64,000 nt of DNA from assembly GCA_003971905.1 (NCBI GenBank), contig RSEE01000041.1:62001-126000 (forward strand), in the 5' to 3' direction. A program made the translations under genes and the position numbers. The stretch is from Moniliella sp. 'wahieum'. Taxonomy: Eukaryota. This document shows positions 49,087 through 60,482 of the stretch, in pieces; the stretch's first letter is position 1, and every line of letters begins with the position of its first letter. The notes under the pieces are model-generated. The model was not told where the DNA came from. It saw nothing but the letters and a program-made list of their open reading frames with translations, and searched no databases.

Positions 49087-52000
49087 ATGGCGCCCATCCC
49101 CACCCCCACCCCCTCCTCCCCCCACCCGCGCACCCGCCCACGCCCCGACACCCACCCCCCCCTCCGACCCAGCCGACCGCTCCCGCGCTCTCTGCCAAGC
49201 GTCCCCGGCCCTCGGGCACCAGTGGCAAGGCCACCTCGTGCGAGAACTGCCGCCGGTACGTGCACCTTTCCTCTCTCCAGGCCGCATGCTGACCCCCCCC
49301 CCCCCCCCCCCCGTCCACCCCAGGCAAACTCAAGTGCGACCGCAAGTACCCGTGCAATGGGTGCGTGCTGCGCCACCAGGAGCATCTGTGCAGTGGGAGC
49401 CTGGCACCCAGCCGCTGCAGGCCAACCAGGAGCCCGTGCAGCCCGGTCCGATGCTGGAAAGGCTGGATCGGATTGAAAAATGGCGTTGGCGCTGGCCGAA
49501 CGGCTGGGCGTTGACCAGTCCTCCGCCCCGGCTCCCGCCAGCCGCAGTGCCAGCCGCAGCCGCAGCCCAGTCGCAGTCCCAGCGGCAACCTCAGTGGCAA
49601 CCTCAGTGGTCGCGGCAGTCACAGTCGCAGTCGCAGCTCCAGTCCCAACCGTCACACCACCGCTCTCACAGCACCGCCACCGGCACCACCCACAGCTCTC
49701 GTCCCAATCATCGCGGCCCCATTGGTGGCGACGCCATCTTTGGCCGATACCGTCATCGCACTTCGTCTCGTGCTGGGTGTGCGCCGCTGACGGACTCTTT
49801 ACCGCCCTCGCCTGGTCTTCCTAGCGTGCGTGTCCGCCGCCGCTCCATTCAAGGTTCCATTCCCGTTGTTCCTCCTGACCGAGGCGACGGCAGCTTTTCC
49901 CTCGCCTTTTCCATCCGGGACGATTGGAAGAACAACCAGCGGAGCACGCGGCAAGAATCGCTGCGCGAGTTGAGTCTGGTCATGCCCCCGCCTGAAATGG
50001 TGCAAAAGATGACCCGGGCTTTCTTTTCCGACGTGATTTTCTTCTCGTCAATCATTGACCAAGCCACGTTCCACGCTCGTTGGAAGTGTTTGAGAAATAC
50101 CGCAGCCGGTCGCACCAGGACAAGTTGAATGTGGACGACGAAGCGCGTTGGTACCTCGAGTTTAGCGCGCTGCTGGGGCCATGTGTTCCACCACCTTGGT
50201 CGAGGCTGGACACCGGCGTTCCCTGGGTTGGTGGAGATGTTTGAGCATCCCGTCTTGACGTTTATGGATGCCTGCATTCAAGCCATTGATTCCTGTCAAG
50301 GCCTCGAGATTCCCTCGGTGGAGACGGTCCGGGTTCAAATCCTCCTAGCTCATCTCCTGCATATGTTGCGTGGCGACTCGTGGGGGTCGGTGACCTACCT
50401 CATGGCCATTGGCAATGCATTTGCCGTTCAACTGCACAAGGAACCGCCTCCCAACTTGCCCCAAGACATCTTTTACGACCGCATCCGCCTCTTTGCCTTT
50501 ATGTGTTCATTGACGCGTTTGGTGCAGGCGGACCGGGCCTGTGCGACGCGGGTGCTTGGTCCCGGACAATGGCGTCTACTCTACCCCGCGATTCTTGTTC
50601 TCGGAAGACAGTTGGACCATGGCTACGGAGGATGGGCCGTGGCCGATCGGACTGAAGGTACGTCCCACCACCACCACCTCACGGGTAGCATCCATTCCTG
50701 GAGACAGGGGTGGGAGATGATACTCAGAGCTTATCTTGCTAATCTTGCTAACCTGGCACCCAGTTGTTGTTTGAGATGAGCCGTGTGATGAGCAAGGCGA
50801 CTGTACGAGAGTTTATGCCTGAGGACGAAGCGTACCAACTTACTCAGCAACTGCAAGCCCAACTGGACGCTCTGCTACTACGCGTTTCCCGCCCGACTTT
50901 TGCCCTGATTCCGGAGCGATGTGGGTGCCTACGAAAAAAACACCCTTCTCTGCCGCCATGCAGCTTGCCGGGCACCATGTCACGCTCACTCTGCATGGCC
51001 GACACTATGTCGCGGGCTGGCTGGATGGCAGGTACGCTAGCAGCCGGAACATGTGTCTGCAAGCGTCTCTGCATATCATCCGTACTTTTCTCACCTTTAC
51101 TGCGCACCTCATCCCACCAGAAAGGATGGCCGGTATGACGCAGGACGAGGTCCGCGCGGCACTAAAGAACCCTGAGAAACTGATGCTTGCGCGGGGCTCG
51201 TTTTTGGGGCGGAAGGCAGCGCCGTGTGGGCTGTTACTGCAGCATTACCTCTTCATGATCACCCACCACCCGGAGCAAGTGGCTTCCACCTTACCTGGGA
51301 TGGGCAAGGAAGAAATGTTGATGCTACTGGGGCAACTCAAATCGACGCTGGAACTGGTTGCGCCGGCGATGAGGTGGATGAAGGTCAAGTGGCCGAACTG
51401 TTACGCACGGCAGCGTTAGCTTGCCTACCACTATACGCGTCTCGCCCTTGATCAACCACGGCAAAAACAGAGACGCCCATCCACTGCGTCCATGGCCGCG
51501 TATCGACGTTGGCGGAGGACGCGCCGTCAGCCGAATCGGTCGTTAACACTGGTCTCTCTACGCGCGGACCACGATAGGAACCGGAACCGGGGTCGGGGCC
51601 GGGGCCGGGACGGGAACCGGGTCCGGAGCGGGGACAGGGACAGGGTCCGGGACGGGGACTCAACCACATTCGTGCATTGGATCGCCGCTTAGCACCTCGA
51701 GTCCTACCTGGGTATCTCCCAGCTGGCCTGAAATCCCTCCTTCGCTCGAACAAGATGCGTCGATTGTAGCTACCGCGCCTTGGTTCCAACAAGACGTTTG
51801 TGGATTTCGAAACGTTTGTTTCCGCGCTGTGGCGACGGAACCGGACTTTCACCTTCGGGCAGTATATTGTACCCTGCTGCACCAACAGCTCAACCTCAAC
51901 CTCAATCTGCTCAACCTCAACCTCAACCTGGACCCCTCAATCTCACGCCGCACCGCCTCCCGCTACTCAAGCGTTGAATGGAGCCTCGTACGCTCCCACG

Positions 52001-52153
52001 TCCGGCCCGACGTTCGGGTTCGACGTGCCGGGTCTATCTCCGCACCCTAGTTCGGCTGGTTGGGCGGTACGTTACCGGCCACCTCGTCCTTTGTCTCTGA
52101 CACTTCCTCCCCATGGGCCAACGTCCGGGTTCCCGTCCAGGCGCTGTGCCTAG
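49087..52153 (+). CDS. Zn(II)2Cys6 fungal transcription factor with middle homology region
   Basis: CENCRR|intron ~49256-49323|KLKCDRKYPCNGCVLRHQEHLC six-Cys cluster. Later AFFSDVIFFSSIIDQATFHARW, PSVETVRVQILL, AFAVQLHKEP..DRIRLFAFMC. C-terminal end approximate. Confidence 0.88.
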
Positions 52154-53079
52154 CCCAGTTGGCTTCTCCTTTCCGGTCCCAATGACCCTTCGGGGTTGCT
52201 CGGGGGGGAGGGCAACTTCCCCATGTGTTTCGAAAGATGCTTTTTGTCATTTGTACTTGCGATCAGCGCTCAGCCTGAGCAATCAACGTTCAACGTTCCC
52301 TTCGACGTTCAAGATCAACGATTATCGATTATCGGTAACCGGTAATCTGACTAGACTGTCCCGGTAGCATTGGTAAACCACATCATGCAGCAGGTGCAAG
52401 CTGCTACCTGTACACCACCGACCCCTTTTGGATATCCATGATAGTATCACAGGCGCTGCAACGAGAGCTCAGCGGGTACCGTTGCATCGGGTCTCAGGAT
52501 GGCATCCAGCGAAATATCCCAGCTGGTTGCAAAGACCGTTTAGACAGCTCCACCTAGTAGTTGTATACTCAGCAAACGAGACGGAAATAAAGGATGGATG
52601 CGGATGCGCATCGCAAGCACTATGCTGCCCTCCACGCCATGGGGATTGGGGCCATAGTCTCCCAGGTTAAGTTTGACAACCTTCTGGTGAAATGAGACGA
52701 GACTGACAGCAACCCGACGTGGGACCGCGGGCCTTACGTTACCCAGTGGTGCGTCTCCACCTGCAAGTGGATTCGCGGGAAGAAGCGTTCAGAACGCCGT
52801 GAAGAGGAAAAAGCCAAATGAAGACGCGCACAGTAGTTACGATCTCGTAGCGGGTGCCCGCTAAGGCTCGCGTTATTCGTGCCCGTAGTTATCCATAGCG
52901 ATCCCGCAATTGTTGCTCGCTATGACTGTATCTCGCTATGGCTATGTGTGGTTGATTACCACTGTCTGCGACGTTCCCGACGTCCCCATTCAAGCCATGC
53001 CCGTGGCGCCGTGGCCGACTATGCGCGGATACTACTGATATCATGCACGCCATGGCCATGTTGGTTGGCGTCAGCTTCC

Positions 53080-53380
53080 CTGCGTCACGGTCACCGGGCC
53101 ACCAGCAGTGGTTGCGCAACGCATCACCTCCACCCAGGCCCATGCGGCCGAGGCCGAAGCGGCCTGCGTCTGTTAGGCGTCCGCGGAGGGGCAGGGCACC
53201 CGACGTCGGTTCCCTGAGAGCCACACGACGGCACGTGCCGCTGCCCCACCGGCGCACTTGCATGCCGATCTAGTGACAGTACTGAGTATATTGGCCGACG
53301 GGCTGAAGGGCGAGCGCAATTTACTTGTAGTCGACGACTGCACTGGCCATCTCTGGGCCATTCCGCTGGAGCGCAAATGA
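53080..53380 (+). mobile_element. Ty1/Copia integrase fragment (decayed)
   Basis: RHGH..., C*ASAEGQGTRRRFPES (zinc-binding remnant), then LHADL..GLKGERNLLVVDDCTGHLWAIPLERK-stop (53258-53380), matching the rve core pattern xHxDL...VDDxxxxxW. Confidence 0.7.
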
Positions 53381-53820
53381 TGTATTTTGTGGGTTTCTTT
53401 TGATGTAAGGTAAAAGGAGTCTCGGCGCCGTCGCGAAAACAGATGGAAGAGAGGACGATTGCAGACCCCGTAATGAGAAGAGACCCACAGCCTCTGTTCA
53501 GAGGAAACTGGATTTTTTACGAATAACAGATTGTCATATGTGCTCCCATCATCGATCTCAGACCACATGGTCAATCGATGGGGACAGCAGCGCCTCGTAC
53601 GACTGATGCAACCCCACCAAAAAGGGAGATGAAGTAATAAGGAGAAATGGCAAAAAAGCCAGGTCGAGCCCAGCGATCCACAATCTCCTCAGCTGGTGTG
53701 GGCTCACGATTGCGACACCGTAATGCAATTTCCACTGAAGTGTTCATTCCAGCCCCCAGCCTCCCCTCAGGCCGGGGGTTATTTTCTGAACCAGAGATCC
53801 TTAGGAGCAACACTTTGACG

Positions 53821-55167
53821 TCAACCGCTTGACTTCGTCCGAGAAGCTCGCATCGGCGCGATCGACGTCCGGCTCCAATGCAACCACTTCAGCCCGCACC
53901 ACCCCCTTTTCCAGAGCCGCAGACACCAAACTCGACCGTACTCTTCACAGTGTCCATTCCGCACGTCGCTCCCTCTGTTGAGTCTGTAGTGCGCAACAAC
54001 AAGGTGAAGAGGGCTTGCCGCTGCAAGAACATCGAGAGGATCATGATGCCTTCGCTTTGCAGCAGACCAAGCAGGGTGCGGAAGCGCTGTTCCATCGTGC
54101 CCGTCGTGACCATGGCACCCATCGTGCCCGGCTTGGGCAGATCCAGCCAATGAGTCCAGGTCGTGCTGCCTTCGGTTACGCGAATCAGGATGCGCAGCGC
54201 ATCCCCGTTGCGCGACTGGTAGGTACGCACAGTGAGGGGATCCACCATACGCGAGACTGTTGTGGCTAATGGAACTGTGGTTGCGACGGTGGTGGCGGCT
54301 GTAGTCGCACCTGTTGCGGATTCGATTGTCGCTTCTTCGAAGAGTCGGAATCGTCGTCGATGGGGCCAGGCTCGGGCGGGTCAGACTCGGGCTGGCCCGA
54401 CACGATCCCATACCGCTGCAGCGTGTCCAACGAAAATACCCGGTTGGGTTGGGAGTCAGACTTGATCTGCAGCACATCTTCCCGAAATCGGAGGATCTCA
54501 TCGGCATTGGCCCGCAGCTCAGGGGAGGCGGAATCGGGTACAATCACCAGGACTTGGTACCCGCGTCCGCGGAGGGAGGGCAGACTGTACGCCAAGTCCC
54601 GTCGCCCGAAATAATTACGATGCGCGCGGGGGGCGGATGGTCGAGGGCAAAGGCCATCATGTCCCCTGTCATCATCGCATCAGCCTTGTTCTTCAGTCCC
54701 ACAAGCGGCGTGTCGACGAGGATGACACCACCTCGTTGGATCTCCTCGAACACCGGGCGAGACGCTGCGACGGAGGCCGGACCTGCGGGTTGGACAATCC
54801 CTGGTAGGCGCGGAATTGGACGATGAGGGGGGGGCACGCTTGGACGGTACCGGCAAGGACGGTCGACTGGACGGTGGAGCGAATGGCACGGACGATGGTG
54901 ATGCCGTCAATACCTGAGGGTGGTGGGACATTCTAATGGGATAGAGAGTGGAAGGGTTAGTCCATAGTATATGCAAAAGAGGACATGGCATTGGGCGTGT
55001 GTGTTGCTGTGGGCTGGATGCCCACATGGCAATGTTGTGCGTACCTCAATATCCCAAAAGATAGCGCAGTTGATGGGAGCCGATGGGGTGGGAACAGGGC
55101 GTAGAGACGGGGGGTCGGTGCTGGCAACCGATGTGCCCACTGGGCTATCAGGAATATGGGTGGCCAT
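53821..55167 (-). CDS. NYN-domain (MARF1/limkain-b1-like) RNase with possible C-terminal OST-HTH/LOTUS-like region
   Basis: CAIFWDIE|intron|NVPPPSG, GVILVDTP..KNKADAMMTGDMMAFALDHPPPARIVIISGDGD.AYSLPSLRGRGYQVLVIVP..LRANAD. Acidic NYN active-site residues present; 3' end approximate. Confidence 0.85.
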
Positions 55168-55445
55168 GCTGGTTGGCGGGGGCGGGAGGAAGAAGAGGAG
55201 GGGGAGTAGGAGTCGGTTTGGGCGGGGGGGAAAGAGCTGCGAGCAAAAACAACTATCGTAGGGAGAGGCGGCCATTTTAACCCAACTCAAGGGGAGGGGG
55301 GGAGGGGAGGGCGATTCGACGAGGACGCTGCGAAGGGCGCGCGCAGCCTCCGTGAGAGAGCCTGCGCCAAGAGCGATTCAGACGAGGGGCTGGTAGCGTT
55401 GGAAGCGATTGAGTGGGTTGCGAGTGGCTAGGCGCCGACTGAGTA

Positions 55446-55585
55446 CCAGCGGTCTGCTTAGTACCGGTGAGAAGGGAGATAGTTGACTGGGAATGAATTA
55501 CTGGGGGCAAAAGCCTCGGGAAGATCTGCTCCGGAATAGACCGAAGGCTAAATGGGCTGGGGCGCAGGTGACGTCACACTCAACA
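55446..55585 (-). repeat. Copia 3' LTR (alignable part)
   Basis: Starts TGTTG at 55585 after the PPT; aligns with 57161-57297 (shared GAATGAATTACTGGGGGCA, GGCTAAATGGGCTGGG). Confidence 0.85.
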
Positions 55586-57143
55586 TCCCCCCTACGGCCT
55601 CTAAGGCCCCAGGCCCAACTCGGCCTCCGAAGAAATGACTTCTTGACCGAACTGGGAGATGGGCGTGTAGAAGTTGCGGACGCGCCAGAGGTTTGTTAGC
55701 GTGTCGCTTTTTATTTTCGCTTCCGGGAATTTTGATAACATCGAAGGTGCCCTCCGCCACTTTGTCGCGGACGAAGTGGTGAGGGATCTCGAAGTGCTTG
55801 GCTGCACCCACGCTGCCCACTGTGTGCGAAAGGGCGACGGCGACAGCGGGAGTCGCAGTAAATTGGAGCCGTGTAATCCTCGTTCAGTTGTCCGAGTTCA
55901 ATAAGGAGGTTCCTAATGTAGATGGCTTCGGTCATGCCGGTGAAGACGGCCAGGTACTCGGCGTGGCCTGTGCTGGTGCGCAGTTGTTGCGGACGTTGGA
56001 AGCGTTGTTCACTGCTTTTCCGACTGAGATGGCAATCGCGTACGCTTCATCGATGGTCGCGTGACGCGGGATGCGTGGCTGGAACTCAGTGGCCAGGCCC
56101 GCTGCAAGGCAGGCGACGAGCATGTCGTCCGGACAGGACGACACATAGCACTGCAGGCGGCGGCGCGCGGCCTCGAAACGACCCACGTACCCGGCGCCAG
56201 TGTCCTTGCCTTGCTTGACGGAAGCCAGGTTGGCAACTGCGGCGCTGATGTCCTCCCATACGTGCGGGCGACAGTAGTCGCGAGCACGGCGCCAGTATTC
56301 GCTGGCGCGGAGGCATTCGGCGCCATGGCTGTCAATGACAGAGCCGACGGTGCCGGCGAGGGACGATCTCATCCACATGCCAATGGCAACGTCGGCGTTG
56401 ATGAGCTCCTCGTCGTCTAGGGAGTCGTCGGGATCCAGGATGCGGAGGAGAGTCTTCGTGCTCAGAGGAACGTCAGGGTGCGATCCGATGAGGCTGAAGG
56501 CGGTGTAGACGTAGGTGGTCCAGGCATCGTACTGGTCCGGAGTCGAGAGCAGCTTGACTCTGAGCTGCGTTTGGTCTTCAGGGCTTCGGGGATCAGCACG
56601 CTCCATTCGCGCCGGGGTTCCGCCTTGTCAGGATAGAGGTCGACGAGCGTGAGCATGAAAGTCTCTCTTTCCATGTCGGGGAAGGCCGCCGAGATGGTCT
56701 CGATGGCGTCCGTGAAGCTGATGCCCTTGTTCTTGTCGAGTATGCGCTTCATGATGTATCTCTGTTGCTCCGTGGGATGTTCGATCCCACTTTCGAAGTC
56801 AACAGAAGCCGGGAATCCCTTGCCGAGAGACGGCGCACGAGGTAAAACACTCTGGTCAAAGGCGTCCGTGGTGATGGAGGCCTCGGTCTCGTGGGGTTTG
56901 CTCTCGATGCTCATCTTGCGCTTCTGGGTGGTTGTGGGTTGGGAAAGAAGCGGGCGGGATCCGGTAAGGCAGATGGAGTCGGTTGCCTCGCCAGCAATTT
57001 TCGATGCCGTGAGGGAGTCGTCGTTGAAGGACATGGGCTCGCTTGCGAGTCTTGTCCTGCGAAATTCGGGTCTGGTCGCCTCTTGAGGTGATTGCAGACT
57101 CGATCCAGCTAGCTCTAGCGGGTCAGAGGTGGGTTCGATAACC

Positions 57144-57297
57144 TGTCGGAGGAGATCTGCCCAGCGGTCTGTTACCGGTGAGGAGGGAGATGGTGGACTA
57201 AGGAATGAATTACTGGGGGCAGAAGTCTCGGGAAGATCTACTCCGGAATAAACCGGAGGCTAAATGGGCTGGGCCGCAGGTGACGCGTGACGTAACA
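57144..57297 (-). repeat. Copia 5' LTR
   Basis: TGTT...GACA on the minus strand, immediately followed by the GGTTAT PBS-like site. Confidence 0.85.
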
Positions 57298-57824
57298 CAA
57301 TTGCGTCTTTGTTTCCTTTCAACTAGGGATTCAAGTCCTGCCTCCACGTCCTGCCTTTTCCCGCCCCAAAGGCAAGAGCTTCAACTGGGCTTGGCCTACC
57401 TTCCCACCCTGGGGGGAATACTGCCAAGTAGGTTCCATCTCATCACATTGCTTGCTTTGCTCGCCACTACTTACATCTCGATGCCCAGCTGCGGTTCCCA
57501 TACGTCCATGGGGGTCGGCCCAAAAGGCCAGGATGCGATTGAATGTGCATGTGGATGTGCATATGTGCCAAAGCACAACAACCATCTCTAGGGCTAGGCC
57601 ACGAGCCGATACGCAGCAGTGGATCGACCGTCGCATCGGCCAGGGAGCAAGCGGAACAAAACCGTAAGCAACGAAAAAAGGATTCGGCGCTGGTTCTGTC
57701 TTTTGGTTTTGTGGTAAGAGGAGGGGGAGAGGGGGGCTAGGGTACGAGAGGGACCCAAAAGACCCCGCGGGCACGTTCACACCTCCCGCCCCAGAAGCCA
57801 AGCGGATCCGTACCGGTCCACCAC

Positions 57825-58308
57825 TTAGTTCGACACGGAGCTGAGCAAGTCCGAGTCGCCGGCGTCGGTAACGGCGAGCACACTGTAATTCACATCGTGT
57901 CAGTCCATGGGGGCGCCAAGCCTCAAAACAAAACCAAGAAAGGAAAGGAAAGGAAAGGAAAGAAAGGAAAGGAAAGGAAAGGAAAGGAAAAAAGGAAAGG
58001 AAAGGAAAGGATTCCAGGACACAACGTACCCAACGCGGAAGAGTTTACCGGCAGCGGTGCCAAGAGCGACGTTGGAGCCCTGGTAGTGGTGGACCAAGGT
58101 CTTGGACAGCATGGCGTAGTACTCCAGCTCCGACTTGCGCAGCGGCGGGGTGTTGGCCGAGATGAGGACGAGCTTGGCCTTGCCACTGCGCAAGGTCTTG
58201 AGCGTGCTGGCGTACCCCAATTGCACCTTACCCGACTTCATGACAAGCTGCAGCTTGCCATTGATGTTTCTGCGTCGAGGTCTTCTTCTTGTTGCTCACA
58301 GGCGCCAT
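57825..58308 (-). CDS. RPL30: 60S ribosomal protein eL30
   Basis: [69 protein letters not shown]|intron 58029-57883|[13 protein letters not shown]. The intron holds a (CCTTT)n run at 57938-58010. Confidence 0.97.
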
Positions 58309-58783
58309 TCTTGCACTGCTCAACGATAACAAAACCAAACAAAAAATGTAGTTAGTTCTTCCATCCCGGTCATCAGTCTTCGGCGATAGCAGGACTTTGG
58401 CCAACAGCCTGCGCACAGCCACCCAGACCTCCATCCCGCCACCCCCTGCTGCCCCGTATCCTGTGCCCATGCCACGGCTACGTTCCCGTTGGCCCACCAC
58501 AGGCCGATCACGAGGCCGTGCGAGCACATCCTGGTCCCGCGGAATTGGACAGCCGGACAGGGACAGCCGGACAGCAGGACAGAAGGACAGCCGGACAAGG
58601 ACAGAAGGACAGCAGGACAGGAGGCCAGGCTGAGCAACCCGCCAGAGTCGGTCGATACTCACGAGTTTGTCGGTCCGGTCGGGAGCGTTGAGGAGATGGG
58701 CAGCAGAGAGGAGCGGTGACCCCGCTGGAAGACGGCGAGAACCTAAGGCTGGGTCATCCGCGGGGAATCGGTGATCAGTGACC

Positions 58784-58791
58784 TGTGACTA
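58784..58791 (+). promoter_or_regulatory. Homol-D-like box in the shared RPL30/RPL37 divergent promoter
   Basis: TGTGACTA, a 7/8 match to the Homol-D TGTGACTG ribosomal-protein promoter element, lying between the two RP genes. Confidence 0.35.
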
Positions 58792-59322
58792 TGCGCAAGG
58801 TGCGCTGCATCGCCAGGCAAGCAAGACTGGCGCCAAGCTTTTATAAAATAGGCTGCCGCAGCAGCCAGGTCAACATACCTAGTGCGGCATGCGCGGGCAT
58901 TGCGCCAGCTGGGCTACACCGCCCTGTGCTGTGCCGCTTGGGTTGCTGCGGATCGGGGGCCGCAAGGGCCAGTCGGTGCGCAACGCAGGCTGGGCGAGCG
59001 GAACCAAGCGAGGCAGCAGCGGGGACTGCTGCTACCACACCACCTCGCACCCGTTTCCCCGGCGCGCTTACCCGGTACGTTGATCCCCCTTTGCCTGGTT
59101 AGGCTTTGTACGCCTTGGGTGCCTTGCTGCTGCGGCGCTGTGGTGCTGTGATGCTGTTGGGGGCGACGCCGATGCGCGATTGTGCTCATCGCCTATCGCA
59201 TTGTGCGCGCCGCGCACGCACAGGGTAGCAGTGCTACACCTTGGACGAACGAGGATGCGACGATGTGCCGGCGCGTTGGTTGTCGCCATTGGCTCGTCCC
59301 GCACTGGCATTGGCTCGTTCCC

Positions 59323-59374
59323 CATTGGCATTGGCATTGGCATTGGCATTGGCATTGGCATTGGCATTGGCATT
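59323..59374. repeat. (CATTGG)n hexamer repeat, probably in an RPL37 5' intron
   Basis: Tandem CATTGG units between a GTACGT donor (~59075) and the CTAAC...CAG acceptor before RPL37. Confidence 0.9.
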
Positions 59375-59457
59375 ATTGGCCCCCGTGGGAAGTGCGTCTA
59401 ACCCGTCCCTGCGTTTGTTCTGTTTGTTTTGTGGGTGGGTGTGTGGGCAGCAGAGAG

Positions 59458-59712
59458 ACCCGCGGCACCACCTCGTTTGGTTTGCGCCACATTAAGGCGC
59501 ACACGCTGTGCCGTCGTGCGGCGCGTTCGTTCCACAAGCAGCACAAGGAGTGTGCGTCGTGCGGCTACCGTCGGCCAAGACGCTTCGTACCAGTGGGGTC
59601 AGAAGGCCATTCGTCGTCGCACCACGGGCACGGGCCGGATGCGCTACTCAAGACGGTTGCCGCGCAAGGCTAAGAACGGCTTCCGTGCGCGCCTAAGGCT
59701 GCTTCGGCCTAA
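59458..59712 (+). CDS. RPL37: 60S ribosomal protein eL37
   Basis: [66 protein letters not shown] not visible (upstream exon or read error); frameshifts. Confidence 0.95.
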
Positions 59713-60482
59713 GCCTCATGTCGGGTTGAAGCTTCAAGCTGGAAGGTGAAGCGTGGAGCTTGATGCGTGAAGCTTGAAGCTTGAAGGTTGAATGGGCGGC
59801 AAGGCAGGCTGAAAAAAAGGGTGGGCAAGCTTTCTATAGACGTGCCTGCCTCCTCTTTTTTCAACCCCCTCCCCAAAAAGGCACGGCGGACGCGCTGTGA
59901 ACTGCATGCTTTATGGTCTGCATTGGCTCGGGCGGCTGGCGAGGATGGCGACATAGAGACGTATTGAAGCGCTGAACAGAGGCAGGGAAAGGCCACTACA
60001 GGCCACTACAGGATAGATACTACAGGGACCTGGATGGGCGGGAGGCCCGACCTCCAAGCCCGTATGGTATGCAGCGTGGCACAACTCTTTCGAAACGCGT
60101 CCAGAGATTGACCCCCCCTCTCCCGCTCTCTGGATCTGACCCCTTTAAGTTTAAGCTCATGTTTTAGTTCGCCATTAACCATTTCTGATCAGCCAAAGCG
60201 TACTATACGTTACGCCAGCACTCGTCTCACTCTCAATCTTAACGTTGACATTGCGGATTCTTATTCCAGAGTAGTGAGAGGTGCATTTGCAGGATCGTGA
60301 GGCAGGGAGCGGGAGCCAAGGGGTGGGTAACAAAGCTCTGCGAGGTATAGCCGCACCTTGCGATCGATCCATGAGGTCCTGATCCATCAGGAAGAAGGGG
60401 GGGGGGTACATAAGCGCAAAGGTGAAGGTTAAAGGTGTAAAGGTGTCAAGGTGCAAAGGGACAGGACAGGGGGGTATGTATT

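Larger units (their letters stand above)
55446..57297 (-). mobile_element. Internally deleted Ty1/Copia LTR retrotransposon (gag-like ORF plus RNase H tail only)
   Basis: Two related LTRs; PBS-like GGTTATCGAACCC (57143-57131); gag-like ORFs 57034-55932; RNase H STGHAEYLA..TEAIYIRNLLIELG..IYCDS..AKHFEIPHHFVRDKV..IPGSEN.SDTLT; polypurine tract AGGGGGGA abutting the TGTTG start of the 3' LTR. Confidence 0.88.
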
